Of a stretch of 64,000 bases of DNA, positions 10,121 to 18,207 are shown piece by piece. Source of the stretch: an uncultured Bacteroidia bacterium (lineage in GTDB: Bacteria; Bacteroidota; Bacteroidia; NS11-12g; UBA9320). Location: NCBI GenBank assembly GCA_943789165.1, contig CALSTB010000005.1, positions 601,827-665,826 on the forward strand, in the 5' to 3' direction. How positions within the stretch are numbered: the first letter of the stretch is position 1; every line of letters begins with the position of its first letter. The notes under the pieces were generated by a model. It saw nothing but the letters and a program-made list of their open reading frames with translations, was not told the origin of the DNA and did not search any database. Position numbers and translations under genes: made by a program.

Positions 10121-10567
10121 ATAGCTAATAGTGAATGGGTATCTGGGGTTAGCACAATAGACCAGAACTTAGTTTGTAAAGAAAAAAGAGAATAGAGATT
10201 CTTCGCTGCGCTCTGAATGACGCATAGCGTAATTTATTGAACCTTAGAAAGATTCTGTATTTCGATAATTCGATAATTCTATAATTCAATTATTCAATAG
10301 CCAACAGCTAATAGCTAAAAGCGAACAGCAAGAGATTCTTCGCTGCGCTCTGAATGACGCATAGCATAATTTATTGAACCTTAGAAAGATTCTGTATTTC
10401 GATAATTCGATAATTCTATAATTTAATTATTCAATAGCCAACAGCTAATAGCTAAAAGCGAACAGCAAGAGATTCTTCGCTGCGCTCTGAATGACGCATA
10501 GCATAATTTATTGAACCTTAGAAAGATTCTGTAATTCGATAATTCTATAATTCAATAATTCTACCTA
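10121..10567. repeat. tandem repeat, 137-bp unit x about 2.7, mosaic of hairpin, 8-bp-period and 7-bp-period modules
   Basis: Unit starts at 10195, 10332 and 10469 (gagattcttcgctgcgctctgaatgacgc...). Copies are nearly identical. Confidence 0.95.
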
Positions 10568-11056
10568 TCAAACCGCCCGCATCCGGTTATTGCGTTTTTC
10601 GTGTTCTACTTCAGCTAGGCCAAGTGCTTCCATAAGCGGTGGCATATACATGGCAAACCGACCTTTAAAACCATTTTTTAGTCCGTACCATCCACCAATA
10701 GGATTGTCTTCGGATCTGGCCCAATGTTCAACCGTACCTTCTTTGGTCTCGACTTTCTGGTCCTTACTACCTAACAACATCCAATCACCATGTGCTTTCA
10801 GCATTTCGTGTAAGTCGTTTATTGCTCTAAAGTCATAGTGTAAGATGGTTTTGCCTACAACGCAAACGATAATTTCTTTACCGTCTTTTTCGTCGATATA
10901 CATCTCATAATCAGAGGTTAAAGGCGGCGTTTTAAGTTTCCAGGGATTCTCTTTTGTACGTTTTTCCATAATATCACTATGTTCTCTAAAAATAGGCTTC
11001 ATCAAAGAATCAAGCCTCGTCAGTTTTTGCGGTATTGCGTATGACTTTGGCATCAA
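10568..11056 (-). CDS. conserved hypothetical protein
   Basis: The ORF has a well-formed core (ENPWKLKTPP...HYDFRAINDLHEMLKAHGDWMLLGS...NRMRAV). The 5' 47 nt overlap the upstream gene, so the real start is probably an internal Met. Confidence 0.55.
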   Translation of the reverse strand: MMPKSYAIPQKLTRLDSLMKPIFREHSDIMEKRTKENPWKLKTPPLTSDYEMYIDEKDGKEIIVCVVGKTILHYDFRAINDLHEMLKAHGDWMLLGSKDQKVETKEGTVEHWARSEDNPIGGWYGLKNGFKGRFAMYMPPLMEALGLAEVEHEKRNNRMRAV

Positions 11057-11414
11057 GCCAATATCCTACTGCTGTACCCAATGTTAAATACACCAGGTCT
11101 GAGCCTCTAAAATCATTTCCTAATATCAATTTTCCTAGACTAGTCTCGCGCAATTCAACCAACCACGTCCAACTCAACAATTGAGAAGTTTCTACAATAA
11201 AGCAGATTGCAATTGAAATTAGCAATATATCTAATGATTTTCGACTTGGTAAAACCCAAAACACCAAAAGATAGATTAATGTAGCATACAAGAGATCACC
11301 AATGCCCATGGGAATGAATTCTAAGGCAATGGAAGAGCGTGACATCAATCCAACGACAAAAACGATTACCGCATAGACAAATATTGCTGTTCGTGTTTTA
11401 CGCATGGTCGTCAT
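11010..11414 (-). CDS. DUF2809-like small membrane protein
   Basis: Four predicted TM helices, plus the motifs GDLLYATLIYLLV and ETSQL, as I remember DUF2809. Confidence 0.5.
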   Translation of the reverse strand: MTTMRKTRTAIFVYAVIVFVVGLMSRSSIALEFIPMGIGDLLYATLIYLLVFWVLPSRKSLDILLISIAICFIVETSQLLSWTWLVELRETSLGKLILGNDFRGSDLVYLTLGTAVGYWLDAKVIRNTAKTDEA

Positions 11415-12726
11415 CGTTTCCCAAATTTATGGCAGAGGACACCAATTGATCGTAGACCACACGCCAACCCGCCCAACGACCGCTTTCACTCAAAGATTCA
11501 TTGTGCCATAGACTCACAAACAAACCGTTGACGGCATGCACCTTATCAAGTAGAGATTGGATTGTCTCAATAGCTTGTTTAGGACTTTGCTCTAAATAAT
11601 GAAGAGGGGTAATATCCATACAGCAAAAAGGAATCAGGACAAGCTTGGTCATTTTGTTTTTTGTCAAATCGAAAAAACTGAATGGTGCAGCAATACCCGC
11701 TCGAAATCCTAAATGCGTAGAATATCCCATGGTATGGTCTTCTCGAATACCACTATCCAATAGGCGTTGATAGGTTTGCGGCATTTCGTGCATTAAGAAA
11801 TGTTGTCGGCTGACTTCAACATCATCCGCTATAACGTTCTCCAGTGCATGGTGCTCTTGGCGCACCAATTCTGGTTTGTAGTTGGATTGGTAGGAAGGAT
11901 GGATACCTATAGAATGCGTATTGCTCAACCGCTTAATAAGCAACTGAAATTCTGCATTCTCAAGAGAGGTGTTTTTATCAAACTTACCCCGAGATCCAAC
12001 TTGAATGAAATACTGAACCTTGGTTGATGAATTCTTGTGAAGCCGATCTTGCCAATCGAAATTGAAAAATGGATCTTCTTTTTTACCAATTAAGACTAAG
12101 AATCTTTCCTTGATTTCCAACCAATCTCCTTTAATAACATCTCGAAATAATCCACCAACTGTTCTTAGGAACCCTTTGTTTCGATATTTCCAAGCTTGAT
12201 CTATGTCGATAGTAGAGAGGAATTGAAACTTTCTAGGTGACGTTTCTAATTCGGGGTGACAGGAATGTAAATACACCAACAATGCGTTTGCCCACTCATT
12301 GACCAATGGTCTTTCTAAAAGGTCTAATCGGGTTAAACAGCTTTGTTCTGCAGTGAATCGATCATGCACGTCTTTTTCGAATGGTAAATATTCTTCGTAT
12401 CGACTCACCAAATAGAATGAGGCTGATAATACATCAAATTCCTTTGTGTCGTCAAGTAAAATGCTCGGAATTCCTTTCCAAGGTTTGCCTAGCGAAGCGG
12501 TAACGGGTCTAATCTCTTTTTCAAACAACAAACCAGATGGAACCACTTGGCAGCCGGGTAAATCCGAATTTGTTGAATAATTAATGCGAACAGCATCGCT
12601 TAATTGAAAATCGTCGACACTATTCGTTAATCGTATTTTGAATCCCAACAATTGCTGAAATATCAATTCCGTAATAAACGACAAGCGTTCAGAGGATTTT
12701 GGACTATACAGGATGAGGTGATTCAA
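11398..12726 (-). CDS. polysaccharide deacetylase-like protein (putative)
   Basis: 442 aa. The N-terminus (LILYSPKSSERLSFITELIFQQLLGF) is typical of a Bacteroidota family annotated this way. The assignment is from memory only. Confidence 0.45.
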   Translation of the reverse strand: MNHLILYSPKSSERLSFITELIFQQLLGFKIRLTNSVDDFQLSDAVRINYSTNSDLPGCQVVPSGLLFEKEIRPVTASLGKPWKGIPSILLDDTKEFDVLSASFYLVSRYEEYLPFEKDVHDRFTAEQSCLTRLDLLERPLVNEWANALLVYLHSCHPELETSPRKFQFLSTIDIDQAWKYRNKGFLRTVGGLFRDVIKGDWLEIKERFLVLIGKKEDPFFNFDWQDRLHKNSSTKVQYFIQVGSRGKFDKNTSLENAEFQLLIKRLSNTHSIGIHPSYQSNYKPELVRQEHHALENVIADDVEVSRQHFLMHEMPQTYQRLLDSGIREDHTMGYSTHLGFRAGIAAPFSFFDLTKNKMTKLVLIPFCCMDITPLHYLEQSPKQAIETIQSLLDKVHAVNGLFVSLWHNESLSESGRWAGWRVVYDQLVSSAINLGNDDDHA

Positions 12727-12748
12727 GAGAGAAAACTAAACAGCTACG

Positions 12749-13000
12749 TTATTTGAAATTTTCGAAGGACTTGTCTAAGAGTTTAGCCAATTCATGGTCT
12801 TTTTCAGTAACAATGTTACCGGCATCGTGGGTAGATAAATTGACCGTTACACGGTTGTAGACATTGCTCCAGTTGGGATGATGGTTTATTTCTTCAATCG
12901 CTTCTGAAACATCAAACATCCATCTGGTGGCATCCATAAAGTTTTTGAACTTAAAAACTTTGGTAAGCTGGTTATTCTCTTCTTTCCAAGTATCCATCAA
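12749..13000 (-). CDS. phhB: 4a-hydroxytetrahydrobiopterin (pterin-4a-carbinolamine) dehydratase
   Basis: Motif EINHHPNWSNVYNRVTVNLSTHD; 83 aa. Confidence 0.9.
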   Translation of the reverse strand: MMDTWKEENNQLTKVFKFKNFMDATRWMFDVSEAIEEINHHPNWSNVYNRVTVNLSTHDAGNIVTEKDHELAKLLDKSFENFK

Positions 13001-14736
13001 TATTTCATTAGTTTTAAGAATGACGTAAATCCGCCTATCTTCAATTCTACGAAATAAATTCCGGACTTAAACGATTGTGGATGAAGGTTCACACGATTCA
13101 CATTTACGTCCGAAGTGATTACTTGCCCAACGTTGTCGAAAACCGTATAACTAAAGTTTTGGCCCGATTTAGCGTTTATTTGAGCACTTTCAACACCTTG
13201 ACTAAAACCATATGTATTAAATGCAGTGAACAACTGATTAAAGTCCACATGGGATTCAATACCTAGTAGAATATTATGTTCGGAAAAACACTGACGAATT
13301 TCTTGATGGTATTTTTTCTGAAACAACAACGAATCAACGGTTAAAAGGATGTTGGCCATTTCAGGAATGGTAGCCGTTTTGTATTGGTAGTACAAATGCT
13401 CTAGAACCAACGAGTCACATGCGTTCCGACCAATTTTATCGTATATACACATCAACGGTGTTGACCACATGCTTCGGTCGGCGTTTGAATTGCCTGTCAT
13501 ATCCTGAGGATATTGCTTGTTACCACCAATCAATATATAAGGAAGACTGCCTAAATTACTGCCCCAATCCCAATTGAATATTGTGTCCACCGCATATGAG
13601 TTGTAATACTTGGAATACGATGTACAGAAATAATCTGCATTGCCCTCTTCCATGGCACTTCTATCTCGTGTATTGGCATATGAATCACCTCCAGCAAAAT
13701 GCGCGAGCGCATGTGCAAACTCATGTACCACAATTTCTCCATCTTCTGCATCATCAACACCACCTTCCCCGAACTCCAGTTCTACAGGACTCACACCGTA
13801 ATTGAACGAACTAAAATCACCTCCGCTGTAAGCGTGGGCGTCAATAACCAACGTGTCTGGTAAGGCAGATTCAAATCCAAGTTGTTCCACGTGGTTACTC
13901 ATATTGTTTACGTGGTAATACGCATTCACATCTTCAAATTGATATTGACTTCTGGTAAACGAAAATGTATCTGTAAGTGAAAAAGTTGGTGGAGTTACCG
14001 GGTTACTCACATGACCGATATAATATCGATCAGACTTCAACCAAAAGGTGTCATTCTTAAACTCAACGCGCATATCGACCCACTTTCTTTCAGCGTTAAG
14101 TGCTGGAACATCAAGGTCTGAAGAATCGATATAAGGACTACCATAACCTCTTTCGGCCGTGTTTAGAGGATTGACCAAAAACACCTGCGCTTTTACCTGT
14201 GTATCGGGTACTTGAAAGAAATGTTTGGTTGTTATTCTATCCAACACAACGTCATCACTAACAATTGATATGGTACCAAAATTATCTCCAACCTCATCAA
14301 ACGTGGCAACTTGCCAAATACCTTCTGATAATACCCATTTCTGTTGTAGTTGTGGGTCGATGTTTCCTACAAAGAATGCGGGTATGTCTGGCACATTGTC
14401 TTGAATCAAACGCACATTCCCAGACAAATCAGTATGAATTCTTACTTGTGCTGCATAAATGGGAAGCAGGTCCTTTGACACAGCAAACGTGTAGTGGTAA
14501 CCTGTTAGGCTTTTTTTGGTACTAATGATTTTTATGGAATAATCAGCTTGGTTTAAGAGTCGATGATGTGTACTTAAATAATGAGATGCTTCATCTGCAT
14601 TTGACATGGTTTCATCCACTGAATACACTTGCGTTGTAGGAATTGAAATGGCAGTAGTAACCTGTTTGATTGGAGATTGAGAATATCCTTCAATCGACAA
14701 ACAGATTAGTAAAAAAACCACCCAACACTTTTTCAT
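12997..14736 (-). CDS. secreted zinc metalloprotease (HExxH gluzincin) with T9SS C-terminal domain
   Basis: Signal peptide, VVHEFAHALAH with a downstream EEGNADYF, and a C-terminal GIYFVELKIGGFTSFLKLMKY. Confidence 0.75.
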   Translation of the reverse strand: MKKCWVVFLLICLSIEGYSQSPIKQVTTAISIPTTQVYSVDETMSNADEASHYLSTHHRLLNQADYSIKIISTKKSLTGYHYTFAVSKDLLPIYAAQVRIHTDLSGNVRLIQDNVPDIPAFFVGNIDPQLQQKWVLSEGIWQVATFDEVGDNFGTISIVSDDVVLDRITTKHFFQVPDTQVKAQVFLVNPLNTAERGYGSPYIDSSDLDVPALNAERKWVDMRVEFKNDTFWLKSDRYYIGHVSNPVTPPTFSLTDTFSFTRSQYQFEDVNAYYHVNNMSNHVEQLGFESALPDTLVIDAHAYSGGDFSSFNYGVSPVELEFGEGGVDDAEDGEIVVHEFAHALAHFAGGDSYANTRDRSAMEEGNADYFCTSYSKYYNSYAVDTIFNWDWGSNLGSLPYILIGGNKQYPQDMTGNSNADRSMWSTPLMCIYDKIGRNACDSLVLEHLYYQYKTATIPEMANILLTVDSLLFQKKYHQEIRQCFSEHNILLGIESHVDFNQLFTAFNTYGFSQGVESAQINAKSGQNFSYTVFDNVGQVITSDVNVNRVNLHPQSFKSGIYFVELKIGGFTSFLKLMKY

Positions 14737-14754
14737 TCTGTAAAGTTAACGCCT

Positions 14755-15372
14755 TTAATGCCCATTAAGTTCTTCCTGTAAATCAAAATTGGGTAAGGAT
14801 TCTAAAGCCAATAGGAAGTCTGGGAAATTCTGTTCTGGCAATTCTATTTCAAAATAACCACCTGGTTGACTTGGATGAGTGAGTATGGTAAATCCCAGTC
14901 GGTTCGCGTATTCAAACACCATAAAGTCCTTGGCACCATTGTGTCGAATCCAACATTTTTTTTGCACTACCTTAACAACACTGTTGGTTTGTTCCAAAGC
15001 CAAACGAGCAGCAGTGCCGTACGCATCGATCAATCCAGAAACGCCAAGTTTCTTGCCTCCGTAATATCTAATTACCGCGACCAATACGTTGGTTATATCG
15101 GCGGATCTTATTTCACGCAAAATGGGTTGTCCTGCAGAATTGTTAGGTTCACCATCATCGTTGGCGCGATAGTCCTCACCATTTATTCCCAACACATATG
15201 CATAACAAATGTGGGTTGCGTCTGGGTACGTTTCTTTGAGTTGATCTAATTGGACTTTTACGTCGTCAATCGAATCGGTGGGATAGGCAATGCCAATGAA
15301 TTTAGAACCTCGGTCTTTGTGCAGTACTTCCGAGATAGCATCAATGGTTTTATAGGATTGACTGTTACTCAA
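14755..15372 (-). CDS. yigZ: YigZ/IMPACT family protein
   Basis: UPF0029 motifs (KGSKFIG, HICYAY, DDGEPNNSAGQPIL). Confidence 0.85.
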   Translation of the reverse strand: MSNSQSYKTIDAISEVLHKDRGSKFIGIAYPTDSIDDVKVQLDQLKETYPDATHICYAYVLGINGEDYRANDDGEPNNSAGQPILREIRSADITNVLVAVIRYYGGKKLGVSGLIDAYGTAARLALEQTNSVVKVVQKKCWIRHNGAKDFMVFEYANRLGFTILTHPSQPGGYFEIELPEQNFPDFLLALESLPNFDLQEELNGH

Positions 15373-16241
15373 GAGGGGAGACTAATTAATACGATAGCCA
15401 ATATCGCCATTCCAATTCCGACGAGGTTTTTTCGATTCAAATGCTCTCTAAAAATAATGACTGACAATACTGTCGACAACACGACGATGCCAATATTGTT
15501 TAATGGATATACTTGTGAGGTACTGAAGAAATCAGACTGTAAGGCTTTGAACAGGAAATAAATGCTGAAGTAATTGGGAATACCCAAAGCAATTCCACCT
15601 AACACGTTTTGCTTCCTAATGATCGTCTTTTTCGCTAACACCCGATACAAAGTGATGCCTGTGCCGATAACCGCAGCCACGAAAAAGATCATGATGGTCG
15701 GAATTGCGGGTGACAAACCGCCGATGTCTTGCTCAATTATTTTTAGTGAGGTGTCAATCACGCCGCTGCCAAGTAGAACAAAGGCTGGGAGTAAAATAAT
15801 TATTAAGTTTCCTTTGAAACTGCCTTTGTGTTTGTCTTTTTTACTCACAAAATAGACACTTACTAAGCTCATAACAATACCAATGATTAACAATGCGTTG
15901 GTAGGTTCTTTTAAAAAAATAAAGGCGTACAAAAGTGGGAAAACAACACCCATTTTAGAAGCAATGACTGAGACACTAATACCAAATTTCTGAGCAGTGA
16001 CCGCCATCCCGAAGAATACAGAAACGAACAACAATCCTAAACCAAGCGTATATAATCCCCAGTCAGTTTGATAATATTGCGGTGCTTCAGAAAGCAGAAA
16101 ATCAGAAGTTAACAATCCCGTAACTACGCAAGTCCAGTAATTGACAGCAATGGCTTGTTGGTTGTCTACTTGGTATTTAGGGAAGTATCTAAAAACCAAA
16201 TTGATGATGGACGAACAGAAAATGCTTAGAATTAAGAACAT
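15369..16241 (-). CDS. EamA/DMT-superfamily membrane transporter
   Basis: About 10 TM helices in 290 aa with a two-fold internal repeat architecture. Confidence 0.6.
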   Translation of the reverse strand: MFLILSIFCSSIINLVFRYFPKYQVDNQQAIAVNYWTCVVTGLLTSDFLLSEAPQYYQTDWGLYTLGLGLLFVSVFFGMAVTAQKFGISVSVIASKMGVVFPLLYAFIFLKEPTNALLIIGIVMSLVSVYFVSKKDKHKGSFKGNLIIILLPAFVLLGSGVIDTSLKIIEQDIGGLSPAIPTIMIFFVAAVIGTGITLYRVLAKKTIIRKQNVLGGIALGIPNYFSIYFLFKALQSDFFSTSQVYPLNNIGIVVLSTVLSVIIFREHLNRKNLVGIGMAILAIVLISLPS

Positions 16242-16243
16242 GT

Positions 16244-17323
16244 TTACCTATTCAGATAATGAGTGATTGTGTCGTTGTCCAAAGTAAAACTACGAAGTTT
16301 AGTATTGTTGAGTATCGGAGATCTAACGCCATTTTCCCATTTCGCATCACTGGTAATCACGATTGCCTCGTCCCAGAGACCTTGATCAATCAGCTGTTCG
16401 TGTATTCGTCTGCCACCTTCAACCAAAACTTGTAAAATGTTACGTTGATAGAGCGTCCTCATAACGGATGGCCAATATTGCGCGTCGTTTGGTATATCAA
16501 TGTATTCGACACGGCTGTTGGGGCGAGATGGACCTATGATGATGGTTTCATTGCCATCTGTAAATACGGTGTGTGACTCAGGAATCCGTGCTTTGGAGTC
16601 GAGAACAACTCTTAAAGGATTCTTTCCGTCGACCAATCGAGTGGTTAAACTGGGGTTGTCTTGAACTGCTGTGTTGGTACCAATCAAAATAGCACCAGAT
16701 TGTGCTCTTAATTCATGTACAAAGCGATTAGAAAGCGCATTACTAATTTGTTTGGAACTGGCGTCATCGGGAAATCTTCCCATAAAGCCGTCTGACGTTT
16801 CAGCCCATTTCAAAACAATGTAAGGTCTTTTCTTTTGGTGAAAAGTGAAAAACTGCTTGTTGAGTTCATGTCCTTCTTTTTCTAATACACCTGAAACTAC
16901 CTCGATGCCAGACGCTACCATTTTTTCAATCCCTTTTCCAGCTACTTTTTCATGCGGATCTGTATTCGAAATCACTACTTTTTTAATCTTACGTGAGATG
17001 ATTAAATCAGCGCATGGAGGCGTTTTGCCATAATGAGCGCAGGGTTCAAGGTTGACGTATACCGTCGATTCAGGTAATAAAGCATCTTCTGTAACCGAGT
17101 TGATGGCCATGACTTCTGCATGATGATCACCATAAGCCTTATGATACCCTTCACCAATGATTTGATGGTTGTGAACGATGACACAGCCCACCATTGGGTT
17201 AGGCGCAACACCAGCGTTACCCTTTAAGGCTAATTCAAAACAGCGTTTGATGTATATTAAGTCATTGCTTTCCGACAAACCATTGTAATTTCGACCACAA
17301 ATGTATTCAAGTTTAGACGTCAT
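16244..17323 (-). CDS. ribD: bifunctional riboflavin biosynthesis deaminase/reductase RibD
   Basis: Deaminase zinc motifs HAEVMAI and PCAHYGKTPPC, plus a reductase C-terminal half. The annotated start overlaps prmC by 23 nt, so the true start may be the TTG at 17278. Confidence 0.9.
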   Translation of the reverse strand: MTSKLEYICGRNYNGLSESNDLIYIKRCFELALKGNAGVAPNPMVGCVIVHNHQIIGEGYHKAYGDHHAEVMAINSVTEDALLPESTVYVNLEPCAHYGKTPPCADLIISRKIKKVVISNTDPHEKVAGKGIEKMVASGIEVVSGVLEKEGHELNKQFFTFHQKKRPYIVLKWAETSDGFMGRFPDDASSKQISNALSNRFVHELRAQSGAILIGTNTAVQDNPSLTTRLVDGKNPLRVVLDSKARIPESHTVFTDGNETIIIGPSRPNSRVEYIDIPNDAQYWPSVMRTLYQRNILQVLVEGGRRIHEQLIDQGLWDEAIVITSDAKWENGVRSPILNNTKLRSFTLDNDTITHYLNR

Positions 17324-18161
17324 TAAGCAGCAATTTGCAACCGAATTACCACCAAGATATTCCGATCGCGAGTGCCTTTCCTTGTTTTATCAAATCATTG
17401 AATACAGTACAGGTTTGCGAAAAGTAGACGTTGTCTTGAATCCCAGTAAAGAAGTAACTGAAGTACAAGCCAACGAAATAAACGACCTCTTGAACGCCTT
17501 AAAACAGGGCGCTCCAATTCAATATTTGGTTCAGGCTGCGCCTTTTATGAACCATGCGTTTTACGTGGATGATTCAGTTCTTATCCCACGACCAGAAACC
17601 GAAGAATTGGTTCAGTGGATATTAGACACTCATTCTGAAGATCAACTTAAACTGCTAGACATTGGGACAGGAAGCGGCGCTATACCCGTCAGTTTGTCGA
17701 GTGCCAGACCCAATTGGGTAGTTATGGCTTGCGACGTGTCAAATGAAGCATTGGTGACAGCAAGGAGAAACGCGAGAGAAATCCTGACCCAATCGGACGT
17801 TGCCTTTTACCGTGAAGACATATTGGACCCTAAAACTGAATACCATCAAAGCCTTGATATTATAGTGAGTAATCCGCCATACGTGCTGGAATCGGACAAA
17901 GAATTGATGGAAGACAATGTGTTACAATTCGAACCTGGCATGGCCTTGTTTGTACCAGATACGGATCCGATTTTGTTTTATAGGGCTATCTCGAAATACG
18001 CCTTAAACAATTTAAAAACAGGAGGATACCTATATTTCGAAATCCATGAGTTGTATGCCGAAATGGTACAAGAATGTATGGTAGCTGAGGGTTTTAAGGA
18101 GGTTGTAATAAAAGAAGACCTGCAAGACAAGCCACGTATGATTTGTGGCAAGCGTGCGTAA
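17301..18161 (+). CDS. prmC: release factor glutamine N5-methyltransferase PrmC/HemK
   Basis: SAM motif LDIGTGSGAI and the catalytic IVSNPPY. Confidence 0.9.
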   Translation: MYSSLDVIKQQFATELPPRYSDRECLSLFYQIIEYSTGLRKVDVVLNPSKEVTEVQANEINDLLNALKQGAPIQYLVQAAPFMNHAFYVDDSVLIPRPETEELVQWILDTHSEDQLKLLDIGTGSGAIPVSLSSARPNWVVMACDVSNEALVTARRNAREILTQSDVAFYREDILDPKTEYHQSLDIIVSNPPYVLESDKELMEDNVLQFEPGMALFVPDTDPILFYRAISKYALNNLKTGGYLYFEIHELYAEMVQECMVAEGFKEVVIKEDLQDKPRMICGKRA

Positions 18162-18207
18162 ATTTTGCTTAAAAATCTTTAAGTTTGGTTTAATAAAATC
18201 TCAAAGC

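Noticed and set aside
10121-10567. Possible CRISPR array, because of the regular repeats in a non-coding gap
   Set aside because: The whole 137-bp unit repeats, so there are no unique spacers between short repeats. No cas genes are present and the period is far too long.
17301-17323. 23-nt overlap of the divergent ribD and prmC start codons as a regulatory feature
   Set aside because: This is more simply explained by a mis-assigned ribD start. An in-frame TTG at 17278 still precedes the deaminase domain.
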